Of a DNA stretch of 64,000 nt, positions 26,510-39,621 are shown piece by piece (within the stretch, counting starts at the first letter, position 1; every line of letters starts with the position of its first letter). Below the pieces are notes generated by a model. It searched no databases, was not told the DNA's origin, and saw only the letters and a program-made list of their open reading frames with translations. This stretch comes from Mobula hypostoma (taxonomy: Eukaryota), in NCBI RefSeq assembly GCF_963921235.1, contig NC_086097.1:201068001-201132000 (forward strand), read 5' to 3'. A program made the position numbers and the translations under genes.

Positions 26510-28270
26510 TAAATAAGGATAAGACTGGACCTTGGAGGAAAGTTCTAAATATAACAGTATTAGGTGGGACTAGGAGATTGGGAGTAGCTGTTATTATGTA
26601 TGTACTATATCAGACATGGGGAATTACCTAAAGGCCAGTCAGCCAGAGGAAAGACAAGGAAACAAGGTTCAGGAACCTTGGATGATGAGAAATGTTGCAA
26701 ATTTAGTCAAAAAAAGGAAGATGAATAAAGTTTAAGAAGTTAAAGTCAGACAGTACCTTTAAGGAATTTAAAAAAGGAGAGAAGTTAAGCAGGGAATCAA
26801 GAGGGTTAAAATGGGATATGAAATAACTTTAGTGGGAAAGATTAAAAAGAATCCCGAAGCATTGAAAACAAAGATGTAACTGGAGAGCGAGTAGGAACAC
26901 TCCAAGGAGGGAATTGACTTGCCCACAGAAAACAGAGGACAGTAGAGGGATGTCTGTAATGAGTGGCATTCCACAAGTATCACTACTGGGACCTCTGATG
27001 TTTCAAAGTTTCAATGTACATTTATTATCAAAGAATGTTTAAATTATACAACCTTGAGATTTATTCACTTAGAGGCGGCGTCAAAGCAAGAAACCCGAAA
27101 GAACCCAATTTTAAAAAAAACTAAACAAAATAATGACCAAACCAACACCCAGTGCACAGAGAAAGGGGAAAAAAACAAATCATGCAAACAATAGAAGTTT
27201 GTGATATATATAACTGATATGGACAACAATGTAAGTGCTATGATTAGTACGTTTGCAAATGACACAAAAATGGCAGAGTTCTGGATAGTGAGGAAGGTTG
27301 TTAAGGATTCAGGGTGAATTCTATCATATTATGATTACTGTCTCCTGAAGTTTCCTTTACCTTAAGCTCCCTAATTAACCCTGGTTTATTACAAAATACC
27401 CAATCCAGAATTGCCTTTCCACTAGTGAGCACAACCACAAGCTGCTCTAAAAAGGCATCTCATGGGCATTCTATAAATTCCATCTCTTGGGATCCAGCAC
27501 CAATCTGATTTTCCATATCTACCTACATATTGAAATCCCCCATGACAATCATAAAATGCCTTATTACATGCCTTTTCTATCTCCTGTTGTAATTTGTATC
27601 CCATATCCTGGCTACTATTTGGGGCCTGTATATAAGACTCATCAGGATCCTTTTACCCTTGCAGTTTCTTAACTCTACCCAGAAGGTTTCTACATCTTTC
27701 AATCGTATGTCACTTCTGTCTAAGGATTTTCACTAATAGGCTCACCCCACCCACTCTGTCTACCTGCCTGTCTTTTCGATATAAATATATCCTTGGGTGT
27801 TGAGCACCCAGCTATGATCTTCTCTCAGTCATGACTCTGATGCGCAGAACATCTTACATGCCAATCTCTAACTGCGTTACAAGGTCATCTACGTTATTCC
27901 ATATACTGCATAATATTTGACAGTGAACATTATTAAGAGTGGAGAATTGATCAATCAGTTCTAGAGGTCAACTAGAGGGTCACTGTTAAAAATTAGAGTT
28001 CACCCATTTAAGATAAAGATGAGGCAATTTTCTTTTCTTTCATTAGGTCAAGGATTCATGCAAAATCCAAATCCTTTCTCTAAGGGCAACAGAACCAGAG
28101 TATTTAAAATATTTTTTAAAGAAGAGGCAAATAAGGAAGGACGTGTAAGATTAGAGGGGGTGGGTTATAATCAGATCAGCTATGGTCTTACCGAACGGTA
28201 GAGCAGGTTTGTGAGGGAAGGGTAGCAAGTACTTATTTCTGCTCCTAATATGCATGTTCCTATTGTCATA
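26510..28270. mobile_element. Cluster of degraded CR1 fragments (+ 26510-27310; - 27310-27910; + 27930-28270)
   Basis: RT remnant STFANDTKMA (+), APE remnant homologous to 41.6-42.2 kb (-), and a 3'-end remnant (+). Confidence 0.65.
27002..27200 (-). repeat. 3' tail of a retroposon ending in a (TTTGAAC)-like repeat
   Basis: TTCAAAGTTTCAATGTACATTTATTATCAAAG...TACAACCTTGAGATT, shared with 46334 and 63405. Confidence 0.6.
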
Positions 28271-28389
28271 GGCCAATTAATTTTAGCTGGTCATAAAGAC
28301 GTCTGAAAGTCTTTACTGGGAATGTGAACTGATGTACAAAACAGTATGACTGGCACTTTTATTTCATTTATTTTATTTAAATTTTGACA

Positions 28390-30340
28390 TATTTACTGTT
28401 GAAAGTATCCTGCCAGCACATTCCAGGCACCAAACCATGCTCTATGTAAAAATATACCCCACATATCTCATAGAACATAAAACAGTACAGCACAGTACAG
28501 GTTATTCAGCCCACAAAGTTCTATGGACCTTTCAACCTTCTATAAAGATCAATCTAACCCTTCTCTCCCACATAGCCCTCCATTTCCCTTGCATCCATAT
28601 GCCTACCTAAGATTCTCTTGAATGCCCTTAATGTACCCGCCTCAACCAACAGCCCTGGCAGTGCGTTCCATACACCTACCATTCTCAATGTAAAAAAGGT
28701 ACCTCTGATATTCCCCCTACACTTTCCTCTGATCACTTTAAAATTATGCCCTTTATATTAGCCATTTACTTCCTGGGAGAAAGTTTCTAGCTGTCAATTC
28801 TATCTAAGCCTCTTAGAAACTTATATATCTCTATCAAGTCAATTCTCTTCCTTGCTCACCTTCTTGTCATAAGACATTATCTCTAATCCAGGCAGCATCC
28901 TTGCAAATATTTTCTGCATCCTCTCTAAAACTTCCATATCTGACCTATAAAGGAGTAATTGGAACTGAACACGATACTTCAGAGTTTAATAGAGTTTAAT
29001 ATTACCTTGCTGCTCTTGAACTTAAACCACGACTAATGAAGGGCAATATCCTATACACTTTCCTAATTGTCTTATCAACTTGTGTGGCAAACTTGAGGAA
29101 TCTATGGAGTGGACCCCAAGATCTCTCTGTTCCTCCACACAACTAAGAATCATGCCATTAACCTTGTATTCTGCCTTCAAGTTTGAACTTCCACTTTTCT
29201 AGACTGAACTCCATCAGTCACTTGTCAGCCCAGCTCTGCATCCTATCAATGTCCCATTGTAACGACAAACGTCTGTATTATACATAGCACCACCAATCTT
29301 TGTGTCATTTGTAAAGTTACTATCCCACCCTTCCACTTCCTTATCCAAGTCTTCTATAAAAATCACAAAGAACAGGGTCCCAGAATAGAACCCCTGCAGA
29401 ATACCACTTGTCCCTGACTTCCAGGCAGAATATACTTCAGTTACTACGACCCTCTGTCTTCTGTGAGCAAGCCAATTCTGAATTCAAGCAGGCAAGTTTC
29501 CCTGGATCCCATACCTCCTCACTTTCTGAATAAACCTACCATAGGGAACTTTGTCAATGGCTCTACTAAAACCTCCTTCAGACTTGTCCCTTCTCACTTT
29601 CAATGCATGTCCTCTAAAATATGACATTTTTCCACTCTGAATAAAGGACTCTGACTATCTACCCCATATGTGCCTCATAATTTTATAAACCTTCAACAGA
29701 TCTTCCCTTGGCCTCCAGCACTCCAGAGGAAACAATCAGTGCTTGTCCAAACTCTCTTATCCAACCTGCATCCTGGTGAAATTCTTCTACATCCTCTCCA
29801 AAGCCTCCAGATCCTTCTTGTAATGGGACAACCTGGACTGCACAGTTTGTTGTGCAGAGAGAAGGTGTTGAAAAAAGTGTTCCAGCTCCTACAGTTTAAG
29901 GAGAAAGGGCCAGGGGAGGGGGATGGGAGGGGGTAACTGTACAAAGGAATTACAGAAACAAAGCAGAAAGGGTTGGGGAGGGGAAAATATGGCTTGAGGT
30001 AGGATGCTAGGCTCACAGCTCTACAGTTACCGGGCTATTACCAGCTGTCATTTTGGAAAGGGGGACTATGTTTGCTGTTCTCCAGCTATCTGGTACCTTA
30101 TGTTCTGTGAAGTTATAAAAATCTCAGCTAGAGCCCCAGCAATCTCCCCTTGCCATCCACTGTAGCCTGGGAAAAATCCCTGTCCTGGGAGTTTACTCAA
30201 CTTTAAGCCAGCAAGGACATTGAGCACCTCCCCTTTCCTTATGCAGACCTGCACTAGAATTCAATTTACTCTTTCACAACATTCTCCAAGTACAAAGTCT
30301 GTATCCTTTGTGAATAAAGATGAAAAGTATTCATTTAGAA
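28390..30340 (-). mobile_element. Several degraded CR1 fragments
   Basis: MIRGKCRGNIRGTFFTLRMVGVWNALPG, LSKLPGQG and CR1 3' UTR tails. Confidence 0.75.
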
Positions 30341-30934
30341 TATAGTCAGAGTCATACTCATAAAGCTCTACGGCACAAAAACAAATCCTTTGACCCATCT
30401 TGTCAACGACGAACTATTATTCTGCCTAGTCCCATCGACCTGCACCTTCATACCCCTCCCATCCATATACTTATCCAAATTTCTCTTGAATGTTGAAACC
30501 AAACTTACATCCATCACTTCTGCCTGCAGCTCATTCCACAGTCTCACCACCCTCTGAATGAAGAAGCGTCCCCTCATGTTCCCCTTAAACAGTTCACTTT
30601 TCATCATGACCTCTAGTTCTAGTCTTACTGAACCTCAGTGGAAAAAAAACGCAGACACAAGGAAATTTGCAGATGCTGGAAATTCAAGCACCACACACAA
30701 AAAATGCTGGTGAACGCAGCAGGCCAGGCAGCATCTATAGGAAGAGGTACAGTCGATGTTTCAGGCCAGGACTCTTCGACAGGACTAATTGAAAGAAGAG
30801 ATGGTAAGAGATTTGAAAGTGGGAGGGGGAGATCCAAAATGATAGGAGAAGACAGGAGGGGAGGGGTGTGTCTAATAGTGGAGAAGGGATAGGATCATGG
30901 AACAGGAAGCCTGGGGAGAAAGAGAAGGGGGGTG

Positions 30935-32115
30935 GGGTGGTAGGTGAGGACAAAGGGAATCCTATTCCTAGTGGGGTGGCGGGAGGATGGGGTGAGAGCA
31001 GATGTGCGTGAAATGGGAGAAATGAGTTTGAGAGCAGAGTTGATGGAGGAGGAAGGAAAGCCTCTTTCTTTAAAAAAGGAAGACATCTCCTTCGTCCTGG
31101 AATGAAAAGCCTCATCCTGAGAGCAGATGCGGCAGAGACGGAGGAATTGCGAGGGGGATGGCATTTTTGCAAGAGACAGGGTGGGAAGAGGAATAGTCCA
31201 GGTAGCTGTGAGAGTCCGTAGGCTTATAGTAGACATCAGTAGATAAACTGCCTCCAGAGATAGAGACAGAAAGATCAAGAAAGGGGAGGGAGGTGTCGGA
31301 AATGGACCAGGTAAACTTGAGAGCAGGGTGAAAGTTGGAGGCAAAGTTAATGAAGTCAATGAGCTCAGCATGCGTGCAGGAAGCAGCGCCAATGCAGTCT
31401 TCGATGTAGCAAAGGAAAAGAGGGGAACAGATACCAGTATAGGAGTGGAACATGGATTGTTCCACAAAGCCAAAGAAAAGGCAGGCATAGCTGGGACCCA
31501 TATGGGTGCCCATGGCTACACCTTTAGTTTGGAGGAAGTGGGAGGAGCCAAAGGAGAAATTGTTAAGAGTAAGGACTAATTCCGCTAGATGGAGGAGAGT
31601 GGTGGTAGAGGGGAACTGGTTAGGTCTGGAATCCAAAAAGAAGTGGAGAGCTTTGAGACCTTCCTGGTGGGGGATAGAGGTATATAGGGACTGGACATCC
31701 ATGGTGAAAATAAAGCAGGTGGGGGCTAGGGAACTTAAAGTCATTGAAAAGATTCAGAGCATGAGAAGAGTCACAAACATAGGTGGGAAAGGATTGAACA
31801 AGGGGGGATAAAACAGTGTTGAGGTATGCAGAAATGAGTTTGGTGGGGCAGGAGCAAGCTGAGACAATAGGTCGGCCAGGACAGGCAGGTTTGTGGATCT
31901 TGGGTAGGAGGTAGAAACGGGAAGTGAGCTGATAAAGTTGGTGATGGTGTGGGAGACAATGGCCTGGTGCTCCTTAGTGGGGTCATGATCGAGGGGTAAA
32001 TACGAGGAGGTATCCGTGAGTTGACACTGTGCCTCGGCAAGGTAGAGGTCAGTACGCCAGACTACAACAGCAACCCACCTTATCGGCGGGTTTTATAGTA
32101 AGGTTAGGATTAGTG
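30935..32115 (-). pseudogene. Penelope-type reverse transcriptase (frameshifted)
   Basis: TIKPADK, TMDVQSLYTSIPH, QTKGVAMGTHMGPSYACLF, CYIEDC (YIDD mutated), LPFLDL, YYKPTDSHSYLDYSSSHP, IPFVLTYHP. Confidence 0.9.
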
Positions 32116-32124
32116 CGGAGGGAG

Positions 32125-32599
32125 TGCTTTCCACAGGGACCGCTCCCTACGCGACTCCCTTGTCCATTCATCCCCCCTATCCCTTCCCACTGATCTCCCT
32201 CCTGGCACTTACCCTTATAAGCGAAACAAGTTCTACACATGCCCTTACACTTCCTCCCTCACCACCATTCAGGGCCCCAGACAGTCATACTTCACCTGTG
32301 AGTCGGCTGGGGTGATATAGTGCATTTGGTGCTCCCGATGCGGCTTTCTATATATTGGCGATACCCAACGCAGACTGGGAGACCATTTCGCTGAACACCT
32401 ACGCGCTGTCCGCCAAAGAAAGCAAGATATCCCAGTGGCCACTCATTTTAATTCCACGTCCCATTCTGATATGTCTATCCACGGCCTCCTCTACTGTCAA
32501 GATGAAGCCACACTCAGGCTGGAGGAACAACACCTTATATTCCGTCTGGGTAGCCTCCAACCTGATGGCGTGAATATTGACTTCTCTAACTTCCGTTAA
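32125..32599 (+). pseudogene. Penelope GIY-YIG endonuclease domain (premature stop)
   Basis: AFHRDRSLRDSLVH...GTYPYKRNKFYTCP...FTCESAGVI*CIWCSRCGFLYIGDTQRRLGDHFAEHLR...PVATHFN...LEEQHLIFRLGSLQPDGVNIDF. This frame is not in the supplied ORF track. Confidence 0.9.
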
Positions 32600-33488
32600 T
32601 GCCCCTCCTCCCCTTCACACCCCATCCCTTATTTATTTATTTTATATATTTTTTCCCCCTTTTTTACTCTCTCTCTTTTTCTCCCTCTGTCCCTCTCATT
32701 ATAACTCCTTGCCTGCTCTCCACCCTCCAGGCTCCCCTCCCCGCTTCTCTTTCTCCCCAGGCTTCCCGTCCCATGATCCTCTCCCTTCTCCAGCTCTTAG
32801 ATTCACCCCTCCCCTCCTGTTTTCTCCTATCATTTCGGATCTCCCCTCCCCCTCCCACTTCCAATTTTATTAACTTTTCTCCCTCTGTCCCTCTCTCTAT
32901 ACTGCTTGCCCATCCTCTGGGCTTCCCCCCTTCCCCTTTCTTTCTCCCTAGGCCTCCCGTCCCATGATCCTCTCATATCCCTTTTGCCAATCAACTTTCC
33001 AACTCTTAGCTCCACCCCTCCCCCTCCTGTCTTTGCCTACCATTTCGGATCTCCCCCTCCCCTCCCACTTTCAAATCTCTTACTATCTCTTCTTTCAGTT
33101 AGTCCCAACCTGAAACGTTGACTGTACCTTTTCCTATAAATGCTGCCTGGCCTGCTGCGTTCACCAGCATTTTTTGTGTGTGTTGCTCAGTGGAAAAAGC
33201 CTGCTTGCATATACTCTATCAATGCCACTCATAATTTTACACACCTCTATCTAATCTACTATGATTCCCCTACACGACAGAACATAAAGTCCTAACCTAT
33301 TCAACCTTTCCCTGTAACTCAGGTCCTTATGTCCTGGCAGCATTCTTGTAGATTTTCTCTGTACTCTTTCAATCTTATAAATATCTTTCCTGTAGGTTGG
33401 TGACTAGAACTGCACAAAATGCTCCAAATTAGGCCTCACCAACAACTTATACAACTCCAACATAAATTCCCAACTCCTGTACTCAGTA

Positions 33489-33716
33489 AACAACAGGAAT
33501 TCAAGCAACACAAATCGAAGTTGCTGGGAATTCAAGCAACACATATCAAAGTTGCTGGTGAATGCAGCAGGCCAGGCAGCATCTCTAGAAAGAGGTACAG
33601 TCGACGTTTCAGGCCGAGACCCTTCATCCTGAGGGTCTCGGCCTGAAACGTCGACTGTACCTCTTCCTAGAGATGCTGCCTGGCCTGCTGTGTTCACCAG
33701 CAACTTTGATGTGTGT
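33489..33716. mobile_element. Fold-back Penelope pLTR mini-element, 14-bp TSD
   Basis: TSD TCCTGTACTCAGTA at 33475-88 and 33717-30. Inverted arms of ~85 bp meet at GAGACCCT-TCATCCTG-AGGGTCTC. Confidence 0.9.
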
Positions 33717-34742
33717 TCCTGTACTCAGTACTTTGATTTATAAAGTTCAATGTGCCAAAAGCTCTCAAAATGACCCTAACTATTTGTGATGCCACTTTCA
33801 AGGAATTATGAATCTGCATTCCCACATCTCTCTGTTCTACCACAGTCCTCAGTGCCTTACTGTTTACTGTATAAATTCTGCCATGCTTTGCCCTCCCAAA
33901 CTACAATACTTCACACTTGTTTACATTTAATTATATCTGCCATTTTTCAGCCCATCTTTCCAGTTGGTCCAGATCCTGCTGCAAGCTTTGAAAGCCTTCC
34001 TCACTGTCCATTACACCTCCAATGGTGGTGTCATCAGCAAATTTGCTAAACCAGATTACCACATTGTCGCGCAAATCCTAACATAGATAACAAATATCAA
34101 TGGACCCAGCACAGAAACCTGTGATGCACCGCTAGTCACAGGCTTTCAGTCAGAGAGGAAACCATCTATTACCACTCTCTGGCTTCTCCCATGAAGCCAC
34201 TGTTGAATCCAATTTACTACTTCATCCTGAACGCTTAGTCACTGAAACTTCTTGACCAACTTCCCATGTGGGACAATGTCAAAGGAATTGCTAAATTCTA
34301 TCTGTGCCACATCCAGTAACTTTCCTGCTGACCTACTCAAAAAGTTCTATAAGGTTGGTCAGACATGACCTACCATGCACAAAGCCTTGTTGATTATCGC
34401 TAATCAGTCCCTATTTTAATGTAGATGCAAAAAAATCATTTAATATCTTCCCCCATCTCTTTCGGTTCCATGCATAGAAGACAATACTGATCTTCAAGAG
34501 GACCAATTTTATCCTTTGCTATCCTCTTGTTTTTAGTATATCTGTAGTAGCCCCACGGATTCTCCATTATCTTGCCTGCTAGAGCAACCTCACAGCTTCT
34601 TTTAGTCCGCTCCTGATTTCTCTCTTAAATGTTTTCTTGCATTTCTTATATCCCTCAAGAAACTCTTTTGTTCCTTGCTGCTTATACTTGCTATTCACCT
34701 CCTCCTCCTTCTTCTTTTTCTTCTTAATCAGGGCCTCAATAT

Positions 34743-35140
34743 ATAAGACCATAAGACATAAGAGCAGAAATAGGCCATCTAGCCCTTCGAGACTGCTCCA
34801 CCATTCTATCATGGCTGATCCCTTTTTTTATCTCCTCCTCAACCCCAGTTCCTGGCCTTCTCCCTGTAACCTTTGATGCCATGTCCAATCAAGAACCTCG
34901 TGTACTTTGTGGCTCCACACACAGATTGCCTTTGTTGTGCCTAATGACCCCTACTTTTTCCCATATGATTCTTTTGCCCCTAGCATATGTAAAGAAAGAC
35001 TTCAGATTCACCATTAATCTGTCTGCCACTGATTGTTTGTGACACCTCTTAGCCTTTTTAATTTGATTGCTAAGCATCTCCCTACACTTTTTGATATTCA
35101 TGACGCACTTCCCCTGCTGTTAGTTCCTGACATATGTCCA
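34743..35140 (-). mobile_element. Short CR1 3' end (TAAGACCATAAGACATAAG tail) plus adjacent ORF2 remnant
   Basis: CR1 3' UTR at 34743-34895 and KSFFTYARGKR peptide at 34895-35100. Confidence 0.7.
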
Positions 35141-35167
35141 TATGACATTAAGACCATATGACATGGA

Positions 35168-35905
35168 AGGACATTAAAGAATGCTTTAGAACAGAGGGAT
35201 CGAGGAATAATGGTGCATAGTTCCCTGAAGATGGAATCTCATGTGGATAGGGTGGTGAAGAAAGCTTTTGGTTTGCTGGCCTTTATTAATCAGAGCATTG
35301 AGTATAGAAGTTGGGATGTAATGTTGAATTTGTATAAGGCATTGGTAAGGCCAAATCTGGAGTATTGTGTGCAGTTCTGGTCACCGAATTATAGGAAGGA
35401 TGTCAATAAAATTGAGAGAGTACGGAGGAGGTTTACTAAAATGTTGCCTGGGTTTCATCTCCTAAGTTACAGAGAAAGGTTGAACAAGTTAGGTCTTTAT
35501 TCTTTGGAGCGTAGAAGGTTGAGGGGAGACTTGATAGAGGTGTTTAAAATTATGAGGGGGATTGATAGAGTTGACGTGGTTAGACTTTTTCCATTGTGAG
35601 TGGGGAAGATTCAAACAAGAGGGCATGGGTTGAGAATTAGAGGATAAAAGTTTAGGGGTAACATGAGGGGGAACTTCTTTACTCAGAGAGTGGTAGCTGT
35701 GTGGAATGAGCTTCCAGCAGAAGTGGTTGAGGCAGGTTCTACGTTGTTGTTTAAAGTTAAATTGGATAGATATATGGACAGGAAAGGAATGGAGGGTTAT
35801 GGGCTGAGTGCAGGTCGGTGGGAATAGGATAGGGTAAGAGTTTGGCATGGACTAGAAGGGTCGAGATGGCCTGTTTCCGTGCTGTAATTGTTATATGGTT
35901 ATATA
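35168..35905 (+). mobile_element. CR1 3' fragment, (GTTATATG)n-tail subfamily
   Basis: 129-aa ORF with LVRPNLEYCVQFWSP...RRLRGDLIEVFK and tail TTGTTATATGGTTATAT. It is inserted into the tail of the minus-strand CR1 that follows. Confidence 0.9.
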
Positions 35906-38830
35906 TGATATAGGAGTGCAGAATTAAGTCATTCAGTCCATCGAGACTGCTCTACCATTCTATCATGGTTGATCCCACTCAACCCCATAAACCTGCCTTC
36001 TCGCCATATCCTCTGATAGCCTGACTGATCAGGAAACAATCAACTTCTGCCTTAAATATACACACAGACTTAGTCTACACTGCAGTCTGTGGCACAGCAT
36101 TCCACAGATTCACTACTCTTTGGCTGAAAAAATTCCTCCATGCCTCTGTTCTAAGGGTTACCCCTCAATTTAGAGGCTGTGCCCTCTAGTTCTGTATGCC
36201 CCCACCATAGGAAATATTCTCTCCACATCCTCAGTAGGTTTCAATGAGATCCTCCTGCATTCTTCTAAATTCCAGTTAGTACAGGCCCAAAGCTACCAAA
36301 CGCTCCTCATATGTTAACCCCTTCATTCCTGGAATCATCCTTGTGAACCTCCTCTGGAATCTCTCCAATGACACCACATCCTTTCTGAGATATGGGGCCC
36401 AAAATTGTTGACAATACTCTAAGTGCAGTCTGCCGAACTTCTTATAAAGGCTCAGTGTTATCTCCTTGTTGTTATATTCTACTCCCCTTTAAATATATAC
36501 CAACATTGCATTTGTCTTCTTTACCACAGACTCAACCTGTAAATTAACATTCTGAGACTCCCAAGTCCCTCTGCACCTCTGAACCTTCTCCCCATTTAGA
36601 TAATAGTCTGCACTATTGTTCCTTTTACCAAAATGCACTATCATACATTTCCCAACACTGTATTCCATCTGTCACTTTTTTGCGCATTCTTCCAATTTGT
36701 TTGTCCTGCTACAATTGCATTGCTTCCTCAGCACTAGCTACCCCTCCACCTATCTTCGTATCATCCACAAACTTTATCACAAATTCATGAATTCCATTAT
36801 CTAAATCATTGACAAACAATGTGAAAAGTAGTAGCCCCAATACTGACCCCTGAGGAACACCACTATTCACCGGCAGCCAACCAGATAAGGCCCCTTAATT
36901 TCCGCTCCGTGCCTCCTGTCTGTCAGCCATTCTGCTACCAATGCCAGTATCTTTCCTGTAACACCGTAGGATTTTATCTTGTTAAGCAGCCTCATGTGTT
37001 GCACCTTATCAAGCACCTTCTGAAAATCCAAGTAAATGACATCCACTACCTCTCCTTTCTCCACCCTGCTTGTTACTTCCTTGAAGAACTCTAACAGACT
37101 TGTCAGGCAAGATTTTCCTTTACAGAAACGATACTGACTTTGACTTATTTTATCATTAGTCTCCAAGTACCTCAAATCGTCATCCTTAATAATAGACTCC
37201 GACACTTTCTCAACCACTGAGGTTAGGCTAACTGGCCTATAATTTCCTTTCTTTCACCTTCCTTCCTTCTTAAAGAGTGGAGTGACATTTGCAATCTTCC
37301 ATTCCTCCAAGACCATGCCAGAATCAAGTGATTCTTGTAAGACCACGACCAATGTATCCATTATCTATTCAGCACTCTCTCTCAGAACTCTGGGATGTAA
37401 TCCATCGAGTCCAGGTGACTTATCCATCTTAAGACCTTTCAGTTTGCCAAGCACTTTTTCCTTTGTAATAAGAATGGCACTCATTACTCATGGACCTCTG
37501 GCACACTGCTAGTGTCTTCCACAGTGAAGACTGAGGCAAAGTCCCCACCACGTTCATCTGCCATTTCTTTGTCCACCATTACTACCTCACCAGAATCATT
37601 TTCCAGTGATCCAATATCAACTCTCACCTCCCTTTTACTCTTTATATAATTGAAAAAAACATTTGATATCCTACTTTATATTATTGGCTAGTCTGCCTTC
37701 ATATTTCATCTTTTCCCTTCTTATAGCTTTTTCAGTTGCCTTTAGTTGGATTTTAAAAGTGTCCCACTCACTTTTGCTACCTTATGTGCTCGTTCCTTGG
37801 CTTTATGCAGTCTGTAACTTCCTTTGTCAGCCACGGTTGCCTACCCCTGCCATTTGAAAACAACTTCTTCTGTGGGACAATCTATCCTACGCTTTGTGAA
37901 TTATTCCCTGAAACTTCAGTCATCTCTGCTCTGCCATCATTCACTTCTTTTTTTTTCTCTCTGTTTATCCAATTCTCAATATCTCTTGCTATTGCAAATT
38001 TGTTAAACTTGTTATCTCAGTTCCTATCTCTACAGATCCTATGCTGGCCTCAAAAATTATGTCATATCTCCTTTGAATGCTTCCCAACAGTCAGAAGTAA
38101 ACTTACCTACAAGTAGATGCCACCAAACTACCTTTTCCCCCCAAGTCCTACCTTGTTATTTAAATTAGTTTATCCTGAATTAAACCTTTATTATTATTCT
38201 TTTTCCATATTCTTTTTGCTATTCCTAGTCTTTCTGTAACCCCTTTAAAAATATATGGAGTTACGGTCACTATTTGTACTTGATCAGTTCCTTAATATAA
38301 GGTCCAGGAAACTTCTTCTGTTGTTGGGCTATTTATATTTATATATTGCATCAAAAAGGTATCCTGGACACACCTCAAAAATCCCGTTCCCCTCTAAAGC
38401 AATCATAGTTAACATTTGGGAAACTGAAACCCTCCAGTACCATAAGCTTCCTTTTATTGTATCTCTCTGATATGTGCCCCCATATCTGTTCCTCTAACTT
38501 GTTGACTGAATTGTAATACCCCACCAGCAAATAATAATCTTTGATCTCTACCTATATAGCCTTGTTTGAGGAACTTTCTACAATATCCCTCCTCAATACT
38601 GAAGTAATACAATCTTTGAGTAACAGTATAACACCTCTTCCCCTTTTATTCCTCCTTCTGTTTCACCTGAAAATTCTATATCCTGGGATACTGAGTTTGC
38701 AGCCCTGTCCATCCTTCAACTATGCCTCAGTGATAGCAACAACAGCATAGATCCCAGCGTTAATTAAAGCTTTGAGCTCATCTACTTTACTGGTTATACT
38801 CTTTGCATTTTCATAATGTAATTTAGCTTT
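35906..38830 (-). mobile_element. CR1 ORF2 fragment (35906-37940) and older APE remnant (37960-38830)
   Basis: KGKSCLTSLLEFF, VIYLDFQKVLDKV and CR1 3' UTR ATAGGAGTGCAGAATTAAG. Confidence 0.85.
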
Positions 38831-39621
38831 GCATTCACATGATGTTCACAGAAGAGAATCACTCTTTGCATTTCTGAGATGTAAGAATTGTCCTGTCACG
38901 AATTGCTAAAGAAGTCTGATTTGTATTCTTTATAATTTAGAAGAATGAGGGGTTAAGACTATTAATACTGGTGGATTTTAGGGTGAAAAATATCAGGACA
39001 CCAACTTCTTGTTTGGTTAGTGATACTTGCAATATGGTGAAATCTTCTGGGCTTTTTTAAAACTGAGTTTTGAGGAAGTATACTACGGCTGCAATTTGGT
39101 TGTTTACACCATATACTACAAATTGTTTTATCATCCTTATTTTGAAATATCATTATACATCATTTTGTGGCATCCCTCCAAGAATCTTAATTGCATTTTT
39201 AAACAATTTATCATAGATAAAACACAAGGGATCTTCAGTCATTTCAAACCCAAGCAAGAAATGAAAAATATTCGCTGACATTCTAAAACATTGGTCACAG
39301 GTTTGTACTGCCACTGTCGACAACAGAGTCGTATGTAACACACAGTCACATCTAATATTCTTTTATTACAAAGATGCCGTTTGTAAGTGTTTTACAAAAA
39401 CAATGTACAATAAAGACCACGAGGTCAAAGGTTGTGAAAGCAACAATGACTATCTAACAGAAGACAATGCACTGCTAGTGGTGCATCGCTAATTTTACTT
39501 CATGAATGTGAAAGACCCATCGTTTGCAAGTACTGCAGGCACAAGTGAATTATGAGGCCTTGTAAGTAAACTAAACTCAGATAAACTCTGCAATCAGCAC
39601 AATCTGCAGTTTATACATACA

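Larger units (their letters stand above)
30647..33186. mobile_element. Penelope-like element (probably Neptune clade) in inverted configuration, 13-bp TSD
   Basis: TSD CTCAGTGGAAAAA at 30634-46 and 33187-99. pLTRs lie at both ends in opposite orientation, with RT on the minus strand and GIY-YIG on the plus strand. Confidence 0.9.
30345..34740 (-). mobile_element. CR1 fragment hosting two Penelope-derived insertions
   Basis: FKGNMRGRFFIQRVVRLWNEL and LYKLLVRPNLEHFVQF. The sequence is colinear across the insertions at 30647-33186 and 33489-33716. Confidence 0.8.

Noticed and set aside
32599..33100. Pro/Ser/Leu-rich and Gly/Arg/Glu-rich ORFs
   Set aside because: They arise from the pyrimidine-rich, internally duplicated Penelope 3' region and are low-complexity artefacts.
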